Shown here in pieces: positions 1 to 14,303 of a stretch of 64,000 nucleotides of DNA. The DNA comes from Felis catus. Taxonomy: Eukaryota. Position numbers and translations under genes: made by a program. The stretch is from positions 82,028,001-82,092,000 of the forward strand of contig NC_058368.1 of NCBI RefSeq assembly GCF_018350175.1, in the 5' to 3' direction. Under the pieces are notes generated by a model. That model worked only from the letters and a program-made list of their open reading frames with translations. It ran no database searches and had not been told where the DNA came from. How positions within the stretch are numbered: position 1 is the stretch's first letter; each line of letters begins with the position of its first letter.

Positions 1-293
1 TCCGCAGTCGAGGACAGGTGGTCCCCACAGCTGTGAGCGGAAACAGATACAGAATTCAACTTCCTGACAAATGGGAGCGGGGCGGGGTTTGGGTCAGCTG
101 GTCATGTGGCAAAATGTGGGGCCCTCGACCCTGAGCACTGGTACACGTGCCCGCAGAAGTCTGCTCTCATTCCACAAGAGCACAGGGCAGGGCTGGGGCC
201 TCGTCCACACAGGCGGTCAGAAACCTCCACAGCCCGGCCAGGCGGGAGTCACACTAAAACCTAAACTTGTTAAAAAGAAAACACTTAGCTTAC

Positions 294-419
294 ACTTTCT
301 TGAAGAGATTCCTGTAGGTGATGATCTTCAGCTTCTCAAGGATAAGGAAAATGCCACAGCGGATAAAGAAGGTCTCGTGCTTCGTCAGAGCCTCGTTCAA
401 CAGCAGAAGGTTGCCTTCG
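294..419 (-). CDS. PCID2: PCID2 coding exon 12 (last exon in window; gene continues past position 1)
   Basis: cacgcag|C GAA GGC...AAG AAA GT|gtaagc; (S)[41 protein letters not shown](V); 126 nt; PCI domain. Confidence 0.95.
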
Positions 420-571
420 CTGCGTGTGAGGGACAAATGCACAAACGTGGTCACAAAAACCGGAGCCAAGGACAAGAGCGCGTCAAGGAGCAACGAGCTC
501 TCACAGGCCACGTGACAGATTTTTAGCTGATGTCATATTTTAAAAGGGCCCAAGTGGAAAAGGTTAGATAC

Positions 572-645
572 CTGACAGCTTTGGTCACTTCGGCAAACTG
601 CATGAGGTGATACTTTCTCAACAGCTCGATGGTCGGCATATGACC
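572..645 (-). CDS. PCID2: PCID2 coding exon 11
   Basis: cttag|GGT CAT...GTC AG|gtatct; [24 protein letters not shown]; 74 nt. Confidence 0.95.
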
Positions 646-769
646 CTAAGACAAAGCACCAGTTGTCCAGAATAAGACCATTTCGTTCTCAACAGAGTTG
701 ATCTTTGACAAAATTCATATGAAGGAATCACCACCTTTTGAAAACTTGCAACCTGTGTTTCTGAGTTTC

Positions 770-975
770 TTTTTATTATGATGTTTATTTATCTTGAGAG
801 AGAGAGACAGAGCACGAGCGGGGGAGGGGCAGAGAGAGAGGCAGACACAGAACTGGAGGCAGGCTCCAGGCTCCAGGCTGTCAGCAGAGCCCAACACAGG
901 GCTTGAACCCACAAGGTGCGAGATCATGACCTGAGCCAGTCGGACCTTTAACCAACTGAGCCATCCAGGCGCCCC
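770..975 (-). mobile_element. CAN-SINE (feliform, tRNA-derived)
   Basis: Reverse complement of GGGGCGCCTGG...GCTCAGT head, (CT)n region and A-rich tail. Confidence 0.92.
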
Positions 976-1774
976 TCTTACAGTTTCTTCTGAAGTACTG
1001 GAACAAGGCCTATAAACACGATGGCAGATGAGCTAACAAGGGTCTGGCCATCAGAGCACCTGGGAGCAGTAGTGCAGGCTTGCCTCTCAGTTGGCACCTG
1101 ACCTTGACCTTCTCATGCCCTCACTGGTTATAACTTAGAGGGGAAGCAGCGGCTGAAGAAAACACTAAGAGCCGGGAACTCAGAAACGTCTTCCAGGAGA
1201 GGCAGCTGAACCGTTTACGACTGCAGGCTTCTGGGAAGCAGGGTCGGAAGCAGACAGGGCACGCAGGACACGGCACTTTTCGGCCATCAGCTACCCTGCT
1301 CTATTTACATTTTAACCACGTGGGTACTGCTTTGATCACTTTTTAAAATTTTTAAACGGGAGGAAAGGAAGCTCTATCACTTTGAGGAAGTGTTAGTCAA
1401 TTAAACTTGCCGGTTACTTGCTGTTTCTTTTCAAGTCTCAAATTAACTTTGGGTGACCAAATGAGATACCTACAGACAGGCTGGAATGTTGTTTTTCTTT
1501 CTTAATCCGCTTCTATTAATTTAGATTTTTAGGGGAAACAGATAAACATGCATTTATTACTGTGTCTCACAGATGTTCAACTTTTAAGTTAGATACTTTT
1601 AAGAGGAAGGAAGCACGAAACCTTTTTAGAAGGATCTACAGTGTCAGCTGTGAGGATAAATGGTTCAGGCCACACACAAAGCTTATTGTCCCCTATTCCG
1701 GGGTGTGCTCACATGGGGCTCAGACGGTAGTACCTACGCGCCACCTGCAGGCAAGTTCCGAGAAACAGGGTCTA

Positions 1775-2026
<252 letters not shown>

Positions 2027-2752
2027 TCAAATTCGGGGGAAAACCAGAGTGGTACCTTAAGAACCCTCAAAAGAATACGACATAAAAGCTTCTATTCTTA
2101 TGCTCCGCATTTTAAGGGACTAACACGAGGTAGGGGAACAACCCAGGAGGGCCACGTTCCAAAGCCCTGGACAGCTGGTCTGCATGAGCCTACGGAACAA
2201 AACCAGAGCAATCGCCAGGACAGCACAGTTGCTTTCGTTATCAGACTGCACAGCTCTAACGCACGGAGAAAAAGCACTTTTAGTCACGTCGCTCCATGTG
2301 CACACAGCCGCTGAAGACGTGGGTTTAAAAGGTCTAGTCTGGGTACAACACAGGAGACCACGGGGAGCCGCCACACGCCAGCTAATCACAAAGTTTAAGA
2401 GAAAAACCTGGCTTCATGTTGTCGAGAAAACTCACGAGAAACGAACAGTGACATGGTTTCGAGAAAGCTCGGCTCTGACAAGCACTGAAATGGCGACAGT
2501 ACACAGGGTGGTGGGGAGGGGGGTGGACACGTCCCCTGGGGTTTCCACAGCTGACTCCCAGCCTCCGCGGCAACCACAAGGGCACAACAAAGGTTCGGGG
2601 GGGGGGGGGCAATCCTTCACGTCCAACAGGAAGGACTGTGGTGTTTCAATGACATCACATAAGAAAGACGTCCACAGCGACTGAGACTCTGGCAGGGGTC
2701 CCACAGACCAGGACAGGCTTTCCTTTCAGTAACAACTTTGGTGCCCACAGCT

Positions 2753-2834
2753 GCGCGTGCGCACACACACACACACGCACACGCACACGCAAGCACACGT
2801 GCACATGCATGCACGTGCGCACACACACACACAC
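2753..2834. repeat. Compound (CA)/(CG)/(TG) alternating purine-pyrimidine microsatellite
   Basis: gcgcgtgcgcacacacacacacacgcacacgc...gtgcgcacacacacacacaca. Confidence 0.9.
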
Positions 2835-2868
2835 AGCCTGGATGAGGTTTACAGCAGATTCCACCTTA

Positions 2869-3279
<411 letters not shown>

Positions 3280-3740
3280 TTAAAACTGCCTATTTAGTAA
3301 TAAGAACTGAAATGCCAGCTGCGTGGCAGATTACCCCAGGCTGGAGGGCCTGCCACGGAGGGGCCACAGAGGGGCCACTGGCCAAGCCCACACGGCACGA
3401 AGGGCCTCTTTACCCATCCAGGCACCCCCTGCTCCGCAGCTAATTACTGCAGCAGAGGAGAGAAGGCTGGGGTGAACCCCTCCCATGCAAGTCCAGTCTC
3501 CCCACGCCAGGCATGCCGCTTGGGGCATTGGCGCCCTGCTTTCCCTGGAGGTGCAGCCCTCGCCTCATGAGGCAGAGGCCAAAACAGTAAGACACACACA
3601 AAACACTTGATGCAGTCCCCGCCCCCAGCAGGTGTGCCACAGACTCGACCGTGAGTCCGGTTAGGTCATCCCCCAGCGACACCAGGGACACCGGTGCCCA
3701 GGGAGACGGGCAGAAAGCAAGCGCCCCCAGGGAAGCACAC

Positions 3741-3816
3741 CTTAAAGTAGATCTTGAATAGCTGGTTCACCAAGAACAGCATCCCCCACTTCTTAGAGTC
3801 CTCGATGCCAGCCCGA
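3741..3816 (-). CDS. PCID2: PCID2 coding exon 8
   Basis: cccacag|T CGG GCT...TTT AAG|gtgtgc; [25 protein letters not shown]; 76 nt. Confidence 0.95.
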
Positions 3817-5059
3817 CTGTGGGAAGACAACTGTTGTTTAGTTGCATGGAAAACAAGGGTTTTATTTATTAGTCACGAAGACAATCTGCCTAAACAAAAT
3901 TAGTACTTTGAGATAAAACACTGCTCCAGCCTCACCCATGAAATAAAACAACATAAAGCAGAGGTCTGACCTAACAGGCTACGGAGTACACATCATGTGT
4001 GTTGGGTAACGCACTGTGGACAAGGGGATGTGTTCTTGCTTATCCTGACAACACGGTGAACTACAGAAATCCACAACGACATGGACAAACCACAAACAGA
4101 GCAAGACGCAGCACATGCTGTGTAGGCACCGTGGGGAGGGTCCACCTGGGAAGGGGATGGGCAACGACAGTGTCCTGGACCTCCAGGGGGTTTGGGTCAC
4201 ACATGGGTGATGACTTATCCAAATACAGTCAAGATCCGTGGGAGTCACTGTGGATAAATTTTACCTCAAAGCACAAGAGAAACCGCAGTATTTAAACAAG
4301 TCACTGAGGGACAGGCCACCTTTGGAATGCACCAGAAACAAAAAACAAAGGCAAAGTGCTAGATGCACAGAAGGGTAGATACCCATCTGCAGAGCAAGGG
4401 GCGGGTGTACAGGTATTTTCACTGTAAAGTTCCGTCAATGCAGCCAAACGCCTCACGATTTCACGATACAGGGTTGGAACACAATCCAGAGTCGCGTCTC
4501 CCACGAGTCCACAGGCCGCAATGGTTCTTCCAGGCGCAGCTGTGCACTCGCTCCATGGTGCCAGCGGCCAGCTGCCTGCAAACTCAGATGGAGACTGGCA
4601 GGCTGTTCATAAGCCAGAGAAATAGAAATCACTCCCTAAGACCGGGGCATGCCCATATCAGAATGCTCAACGTAAAAATACGGTTGGTGTTTAAGTATCA
4701 AAGTCCTGTTTTGTGACAACAGCCAGCTCCTTCATGACTGTCACCAGCCAGGTGCAGGGTCTCCCCCGTGACTCCCGTCACCAGCCAGGGACAGGACCTG
4801 AACAAAGAACCCTCTCTCCGTGGGTTTCACGTCCTCGTCTGTGAAGTGGGGACAATGCAGCCCCGGCCACCTTGGAGCGCAAGGTGAACACCGCTCTGGA
4901 AGGAGCAGGAGGAGCAGGTGCTAGGCATCATGGCTGAGCACTCTTCTCAGCACTCCACCTGGGCCCGTCTGGACTAAAGGAGAGGACCTCTTCCAGAGAC
5001 ACGCGGGAAGCAGCCCGGGGGGAAGGGGGTAACAGGGTTTCTCTCAAGCAGCGGTGCCC

Positions 5060-5390
5060 ACACCTTGCCCGCAGTGGTTTTTATTCACGTCTCCTTGGTG
5101 ACCGAAGATGTTGAGCATCTTTGCGAGGGTTTCCTGGCCGTTTGGCTCCCTCCTTTGCAGAGTACCTATTCAGACCTTCGCCCAAGTAAGGCAGGTTTTT
5201 ACCTTTTTCCTGTCAACCTGTGCAGTTTTCACACATCCTGGACACACGCTGTCAGTCACATCATTTGCAAATATGTTTTTTGTGTTCTACCGTTGTTGTG
5301 CACTTTTTTGATGGCGTCCTTTGAAGCGTAGAAGTTTCTAACTCTGATGAAGTCCAGTTTCTCTGTTTTTCCTCAGGTTACCGTGTTTCG
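5060..5390 (-). mobile_element. Old LINE-1 fragment
   Basis: gatgttgagcatcttt, tttgcaaatatgtttt, gtcctttgaagcgtagaagttt resemble antisense L1 ORF2. Confidence 0.6.
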
Positions 5391-6691
5391 GGTGACACAC
5401 CAGGAAAGCCACTTATCCCACAACAAACCCAGACTGAACACTCCCTGGGCGTGGGGGCCACGGCATGACAGCAGTGCAGTGGACTCCCTCAGCCTCGGCC
5501 ACAAGCGTTCCCGTCCATGTAAGGACCACTGGGGAGTGCAAGGACAAGAGTGCGGTCTGTCGCGAAAGCCACAGAAGCACAGCCTCCTGTCTGAGGCCAT
5601 GTCGGAGGCCACCACTGACAGAAGAGCAGAGCGGGAGGACAGGCGGGCACCTGCGACGCCTTGGGGAGGACCCCGGCTCACGGAGTGGCCACTGACATCC
5701 AGCTCTGGCTGGAACATTGTCAGGTGGGACTGGTGGGGACAGAGGTAAGAGAAGAGAAGCTGGGACACTTTCCGTGAACAATAGTTTTGTATGTTTACGT
5801 ATGGAAAACTTCCTCCTTTCCATTATAATTTCCAATCTTCCTTTCCATTACAACTTCCAATCAAGTTTTTTTTTTTACAGAATCAAGTGATTTTATAATG
5901 GGGGAAGAGATGGGGTTTCAGGAGGAAAATGTAAACTCTAAAGCAGAATCGGATAGAAAGCCTAGGATTAAAAAATAAATAACGGCAGACGAGATCGGTC
6001 AACTCGAAAGAGGTCAATACAAATCACCTGCACCGAAGGCCAGAGAGGAAGGACAAGATGGAAAACCAGCAGCACCAGTGCCCGTGTCAGAACACGCCTC
6101 CCACAGGCATCCCAGAGGAGACACACAAGGAGGAAAAATCCCAGCTCTAAGAATCTAATAAAACACATTCGTTTCCAGACCCGAGAAGCTCAACGAACCC
6201 CAAATAAGAGAAATACGGCGACATGCAGGGCAGCAGAGTCAAGTGGCGAGAGACATGGTGGAGAGATGATGCTGCCAGAGGCCGGAGGTGTGTGCTGCGA
6301 ACCAGGAACAGAGGAAAACAGGAGGACGGACGTGCTAACGCGCCAACAGAAAACACGGTCCATCCGGAATTCTCCACCCAGCAGAAAGGAAGATGAAGAC
6401 AGTACAGAAAAACGAGAGTTTAGAGAATTCGGTGCCAGCAGACCAGCACTCGGAGCAACGTGCTGGTGCGGGACCTCGTGTAGGAAATGGGCCGGGTTCA
6501 GTCAGACCCCGGGACAGAGGAAAGGGTTCTGGCAACACGGCACATGGCAGAGGTCAAAGGCTGTTTTCTTCTCCTCCCTCACTTCCTTTACACAACAGTG
6601 ACCATCTAAAGCAAGAGACGGTAATGCTGAGGGGTGACCACAGACACACAGAAGACAAGTGTCGACGGCTGGGAGAGGGCGCGCGTACTCA

Positions 6692-6814
<123 letters not shown>

Positions 6815-7492
6815 TCATCAGTCATGCTCTCATTTCCTCTAGCACTTCTGGCATGGCTAGGAGCAAAGATGGCTGCAACTTAGGGTCAAAGTCCCAGAAG
6901 GTTCTGGGCAAATCTTTTAGTTAATGTTATTTTTAAAAACTGAGAAAGTTCCACAGCATCTTCCAACTCTTCCACAAATCAAATTTCTATTCAACCAACT
7001 GAAATGACTGGGGCCGTCATCTGTTTTTTAACCCTTTGTCACATGTGGCCCCGTGCTGCTAACGGAGCCTTTCCTTGAGTGCTCACAGACTGCTCCACCC
7101 CCCACATACAGCTGGTCAAAACCCTTGAAGTGTACCCTCTGACAGACACCAAAGTCATTCCCAGGTTTGACTCTCTCCTGGTTTTCCAGCCAGTCTTAGA
7201 GAAGAACCCGTTTCCTCCCACTCACGCCCCTATCACAGGTTCTCCACGTAAGGTCTACGGACCCCTGGGGGCCTTTGGAAGACTTGCAGGTGATCCCTGT
7301 GGTCAAAACTATTTTCAGGACAACACCAACAGCCACCACTTGTCTTTCCGCTATACTGATGTTCACACCGATGGTGCAAAAACTATGGCAGGACAAACTG
7401 CTGGGGCCTTTCCAGCAACACCAAACTAAAGCAGCAGTCAGCAATCCTTCAACCAACCAGGAACACTGATGTCACTTCAAAATGTCCTTGAT

Positions 7493-7685
7493 GGGGTGCC
7501 TTGTGGCTTAGTCAGTTAAGCGTCCAACTCTTGGTTTCAGGTCAGGTCATGATCTGTTTTGTGAGTTCCAGCCCTGCATTGGACTCTGTGCTGACAGCTC
7601 AGAGCCTGCTGGGACTCTCTCTCTCCCTCTCTCCCTCTGCCCCCTCCCCCTCTTGCTCTCTCTCAAATACATAAACTTAAAAAGA
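7493..7685 (+). mobile_element. CAN-SINE
   Basis: Typical head and tail; TSD aaaatgtccttgat on both sides. Confidence 0.9.
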
Positions 7686-8641
7686 GTTCTAAAATGTCCT
7701 TGATGACACAGTAAATGTTAATTTTAAAATCTTGGTCCTTGAATACATTTATTTTCAATATTCTTTGTGATGACATGGAAAATATGCCTAAAGCTGCACA
7801 CCGAGGTATGACAGTTTTTTTTTTGTTTGGTTTTTTTTTTTTTAAGGAAAAACACTTGGGCAGCTATTGGGAGTGGCCAGCTATCACGTGGAACCAACAA
7901 CTGACCAAAGGGCATGGTGGTCCAGGCAGCAGGGTCTGAAGGACCAATGTGCTCCAAGGTGAATGAAACATGGCCATCAATTCCAGGCAAAACACTGACA
8001 GTATTTGTTGCCAAAGACATCTGTACTTTCAAATAAAAAAAAAAAAAAATCAGAATTTTGAAAAAGTTGTATCAACCATGATGAACTTGGCAACATTCCA
8101 TTACTTCAAAGCTCTTCTGATAAGGTCACTGGAGACATTAACAAATGCAGTTTTTCTGGTTTGGGGTTTTTTACATAATGAAATACGTCAACATCTGGAA
8201 CATCTCCTTAACTCAGTGAACCAAAATTTTCCAAATGACCGTTTGATCCTACAAAATCACATGGGAATGAACGATCCATTCAGAATTCAGGACACCCCAG
8301 CGGATTCCGATGTACCAGCAGAAAAGCTCGCTGCCAAGCTTCAGAAGCCACGCTGTAACTAACCTCTACAAATTACCTCCTGGAGCTCTGGTGTGGCCCA
8401 AAAGAGCATCTACAATCATCTGAAAGACTATTAAAATATTCCTCGCCTGTCCGTCTACATCTGTGTGAGTCCAGACTGCCTTCCTACATTCCACCAAAGC
8501 AACATAGTGTGGCACCGTGCACACAGAAGAGCATGGTCCAGTCGCTTCTGTCAACACTAAGAGGTCAAAGAACGTGACTCTTCTAGGTACATTTTGTTCA
8601 TTTGGAAGATATAGTCGTTTTTTATTTAAAACATCAATTAT

Positions 8642-8807
8642 GAGGCGCCTGGGTGGCTCAGTCAGTTAAGCCTCCGACTTCAGCTCAGGTTATGATCTCA
8701 TGGTTCGTGAGTTCAAGCCCCGCCTTGGGCTCTGTGCTGACAACTAAGAGCCTGGAGCCTGCTTCGGATTCTGGGTCTCCCTCTCTCTGTCCCTTCCCTG
8801 CTCACAT

Positions 8808-8878
<71 letters not shown>

Positions 8879-8885
8879 TTAATTT
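8642..8885 (+). mobile_element. CAN-SINE with long (TC)n and poly-A
   Basis: ggcgcctgggtggctcagtcagttaag head; (TC)n; long A run. Confidence 0.92.
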
Positions 8886-10212
8886 AAAAACTAAAAATAA
8901 AACACCAGTTACATCACCACATAAAAGACTTATTTAGATAAATATGTGTTTAAATCCCAGTTAAAAAAATTTTATACAATAAATACAAATAGGTAGAACA
9001 CATATAACCAAATGTTCTCCGGAGCCTCAGATAACTCGCATTTAAGTTCTATTTTTCGGTTCTAGAAGTTTCCATGTAGCTCTTCATTACATCTTCTAGT
9101 TCTTTGCTGAGATACCCTTATGCTTGCATCTGCTCAAGCGCTTTCATGACCACGCCCCAGGGCTTCTTTATGACGGCCGGGCTGCCATCTGGTCAGGGAC
9201 TCCAACATCTGGCGTCTGTGGACGGTCTCCTCACAAAGCTCCTCCTGAGACTCTCCGAGAAGTGATAATCGGGGCACGAGGTTAAGAGACTGTGGACCCT
9301 GTGTGCCTTGTTCCAGCAGGGGATGCCCTGCCGGTGGGGAACTGTCCCAGGCTAGGTGGGTCCGGCTCCCCACAGGCCCCTGCAGGGCTGGGGACCCGCA
9401 TGCGGCGGGTGGGTGCACCAGGGACTGCTGAGGAGGTCCGTGCTTCTGGGCTGCCCTCCCCCTCCTGCTCTCCTCAGGACCTCTTCGTCGCAGCCCATGG
9501 GCATTTCTGGGTTTTACGCTCCTCTGGGTCCCCGGCCAATTCGGGGAACCCACCGCTCACTGCTCTGCAAGTCCCTGGCGTTTTCTGTCTGCCTGTGGGG
9601 CCATGCTGGCCTCGGCATTCCCGGCAGGACAGAGAGGAAAGCTGCAGCTACCCCACCTTGTTTGGAGTCGGAAGGTATCAGTAATTTTTATCAATAATTT
9701 TTAAACCCGGAAAGGCGTGTTGGGACCAAGTTCACAACTGCTGCTCCCATCCCAAACTGCCGCGTGTGGACCCTCAAGGGCAAACCAGCCCCATCACACT
9801 CGCAGCCTTTGCCTCCTGGCACCACAGAGACCCCCAGCTGCCTCCTGGATCCGCATCAAGGAGGAATTCTTCAAGACAGCACAGCCGCATCTTAACAGAA
9901 GACAGTGCAGAACCGTTCCCTGGGCCCACTCTGCCCCTCTGAACACCTGCCGCACGCCACACCCGACGAACCACGCTCAGGAACAAGCCTCTCCACGTCC
10001 ACAGTGTGAAAACCCAATGCATGTTTAAATCTTCACATCAACCCAGCGACGAGAGTGAGGTCCAGCCACCCCTGTCCTGTTGCTCTCTACACCAGACACC
10101 TCCTGCCTAACCCACTCCTTCCCCAAAACTTTGGGAAGAATGACGTGAAATTAAACAACAGGTAGAAATGGAGTTTGAGTTTTAAAACGATAGAGATAGA
10201 AACTGAACTTAC

Positions 10213-10267
10213 ATTATTGGCAAATATTCGAAGGTCAAGCGCTACAGCATACATGACAGGCAGAGCC
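10213..10267 (-). CDS. PCID2: PCID2 coding exon 6
   Basis: ccccatag|G GCT CTG...AAT AAT|gtaagt; ALPVMYAVALDLRIFANN; 55 nt. Confidence 0.95.
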
Positions 10268-11216
10268 CTATGGGGCAAAAAAGCAAGAATGTCTGAGGAG
10301 GCCACGAGGTCAGATTCCATTACCATAGCTGGGAATGACACGGACACCCAGGTCCACCATTCACACGCGGCCACCTCCCTCCAGGGATCTGACGGTTACC
10401 GCTGCCTCCCTCACCTCCCTTTGGGGCAGGCTCAGCCCCGGGCTCCCTGATCGACACGGACGCTGGGCACTGAAGCGCCACCCGCCCACCGCCCGGACCC
10501 TGAGGCGTGGACCCCAGTGCATCTAGGTCCTCAGTCCAAGACAGCACCTCCTCATGCCATTCTAGGACCTCCACCTTCCCCTCAACCATTATCCAAACAG
10601 CTCCACTAAAAAAAGATGTGGTTTAGTGAGACCTAACACGACCCAGGAGACGTAACAGACAAAATGTCATAAAAGTTTTTGTTTTTGTTTTTTAATTTAA
10701 CTGGCGGCATTGGTTTTGTAAGACAAGTCTTCAGTTAAAAAAGGTTTTTTTGTTTTTTCAGTAAGATACCTGTAAGCCTTCAGTTAGCGCAGTATAAACA
10801 CTTCAGTATTTACCTACAGTTAATAAATCAAAAATCATAAAATTAAGAATCAGTCTGCCAAGGAACTTGACCTGATATAACTGTACTTGACCTGCCTTTT
10901 TATCCAAGTTAAAGCCCAAAGTTCAAAGCTGACAACTGAAGGGAAAGACAGTATTTGATATATATTTTGGGTCTGGTAGGGCTGAAGTAGAAACAAGGCT
11001 TCATATTTATGTGAACACAGCAAACTCTCTACTCTGCCACATGATGTTTACACTATGAGAACTCCATTATCTGCGCTGGTATTATCCTGTGTCAACACAG
11101 GATATTAAATATCCACAGATAAAACACATTTATTTGGAATAAAGTTTTAAAAAGCTTCTGCTAAGAAAAAAAAAATTGCCATTTGCTAATTTCTGGCTGC
11201 TTCTGCCCATACTCAC

Positions 11217-11258
11217 CAGTTGTCCTCTTTGTGGGCCTGAAATGCCCGCAGAAAAGAT
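11217..11258 (-). CDS. PCID2: PCID2 coding exon 5 (AC acceptor, downstream of a U12-type intron)
   Basis: ttccttaacataatac|A TCT TTT CTG...AAC TG|gtgagt; SFLRAFQAHKEDN(W); 42 nt. Confidence 0.93.
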
Positions 11259-12266
<1,008 letters not shown>

Positions 12267-12846
12267 TCACTTCGGTCACAAATGCCCGGTCCTCTGCTGA
12301 TCCTGAAGTTGGAGCTACAGGAACCAAGGGGAGAAGAGATACACAAGTGGCTTCTGAACTAAAACAGGCTGATGTGAGATGAAACCCACACAAAGTCCAA
12401 AGACTACTCTCTCGGGTCCTGGGAGGAGACCGAGCTGCAGCAGGTGAGAGTGACAGATGCTGGTAAAACCAGAGCACGACACCTGCACTGCACCTGAGGG
12501 GGAGGGAGTACAGGGGCAGGGGGATGTTCTCACTGGGTGTTCACTGGGCAGTCAGCATCAGTGAGTTCACCCCCAAATCCGGAACTGTACAGAGCCAGGA
12601 AATAGCAGGGTGCCTCACACAGCCAGGAACCCAGTGGCACCCCCAACCTTTCCAGAAGGCCCCTCCCAGGGCTCACACGGGCTCTTACTCCACCTTGCCT
12701 CCTGCACCCCAGCCTGCTTGGCAACACCGGAGGCACGCAGGCGGGAGGGCGACCAAACACCAGTGCTTTAGGACGTCAAGCTCTGCCCGCTCAACGCAAA
12801 AACGATGAAAACAGCAGATATGAGATGTAACTAAAAAGCAGTCTTT

Positions 12847-13323
12847 GGGGTGCCGGGGGGGCTTAGTTGGTTAAGTGTGCAACTCTTGCTTTCAGCTCGG
12901 GTCACGATCTCACAGTTGGTGAGTTCAAGCCCCATGTCAGGCTCTGTGCTGACAGTGTGGAGCCTGATTGGGATTCTCGGGCGCACACGCGCTCTCTCTG
13001 TCCCTCCCCCACTCGCAGTCTTTCATTTGCTTTGCTCAGCATTAGCTCTATTCTCCGCAGCACAAGTTAACGGCGAGCTGAATGCCCTCCTGAACAACGG
13101 AGCACCCTGCAGCCGATACAATAGTCAATGCTCCCAGCACCACACTCTAAACACGTGAATGTGCGGGGCGCCCAGGCAGACTCAGTCGGTAAAGCATCTG
13201 ACTTCGGCTCAGGTCATGATCTCACGGTTCCTGAGTTCGAGCCCCACACTGGGTGAGCCCCCCTTCTCTCTCTCTGCCCCTCACTCACTTGTGCCCTCTC
13301 TCTCTCTCAATAAATGAATGAAT
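12847..13323 (+). mobile_element. Two CAN-SINEs (about 12847-13015 and 13165-13323)
   Basis: Two SINE heads in the same orientation with unique sequence between. Confidence 0.85.
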
Positions 13324-13438
13324 GAATGTGCAGGACCACAATATAGCTTCAACTTTTAAAAGCATCCATGATCTTTCAAATGAAAAAAAGTTTACTAAGA
13401 TTTTAAAGTGGTATAAATTTCAGAAAGTTCTCATAGGC

Positions 13439-13500
13439 TTTACCAAAGTAAAATTTTTACTTTACCAAAGTAAATTTTTTTTTTTTACCAAAGTAAAATT
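13439..13500. repeat. Three-copy tandem repeat, core TTTACCAAAGTAAA
   Basis: Three exact cores about 21-24 nt apart. Confidence 0.85.
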
Positions 13501-13619
13501 AAAAATGAACTTTTCTTTTCAAATTATTCTTTGTTTCAAATTTCGGATGATGTTAAATAAAATCCCTAGTTGATTCAGCAATTCCCAGATTTGCTTTATT
13601 TTTCCTCACCAACAGATTA

Positions 13620-13805
<186 letters not shown>

Positions 13806-14091
13806 TTAGAGTTCACAGTAACACTTGACACTCTAGCCCTTCTGAATTAAAGAGTCGTTACTTCCACACACATTTATCACTCAGGGTCTGTGACAGGGAC
13901 TACACAAACACACGTGTTTCATCTACCACAGTCCAAGAAAAACCCTGGACGCTTCTGTGCGTATCTTAATACAACAGCCAGTCAGTCAAGAAACATTTAT
14001 TGAGCAGCTACTATGTGCTTAATAAAGAATGCAAAATAAATAAGGCCACATGACTCAGAGACGATGCCCTATTAAGAATCACTTCTCCTTA

Positions 14092-14303
14092 GGGCGCCTG
14101 GGTGGCTTAGTCAGTTGGGCGTCTGACTTTGGCCCACATCATCCCACGGTTCATGGGTTCAAGTGTTGCGTCAGGCTCTGTGCTGATAGCTCAGAGCCTG
14201 GAGCCTGCTTTGAATTCTGTGTCTCCCTCTCTCTCTGCCCCTTCCGTACTCACACTCTATCTCTCAAAAATAAACAAACATTGAAAAAAATTAAAAAAAA
14301 AAA
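14092..14303 (+). mobile_element. CAN-SINE
   Basis: Typical head, body and poly-A tail. Confidence 0.9.

Larger units (their letters stand above)
7235..9743 (+). mobile_element. hAT-Charlie (Charlie1-like) DNA transposon remnant with nested insertions
   Basis: ggtcaaaactattttca...gatggtgcaaaaactatggcaggacaaactgctgg and terminal aataatttttaaa...gggaccaagttcacaactgctg resemble recalled Charlie1 consensus; interrupted by two SINEs and a ~640 bp block. Confidence 0.6.

Noticed and set aside
71..526. 151-aa plus-strand ORF and similar ORFs antisense to exons (e.g. 1562-1960, 6393-6842, 52217-52612)
   Set aside because: Antisense shadows of real exons with no recognisable domain.
420..571. PCID2 intron 11 donor GTATCT as a second U12-type intron
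   Set aside because: It continues GTATCTAA rather than GTATCCTT and there is no TCCTTAAC-like branch motif near the acceptor, so I treat it as U2-type.
8653..8937. Recurrent short ORFs beginning MAQSVK or containing [12 protein letters not shown]
   Set aside because: Translations of CAN-SINE sequence, not a protein family.
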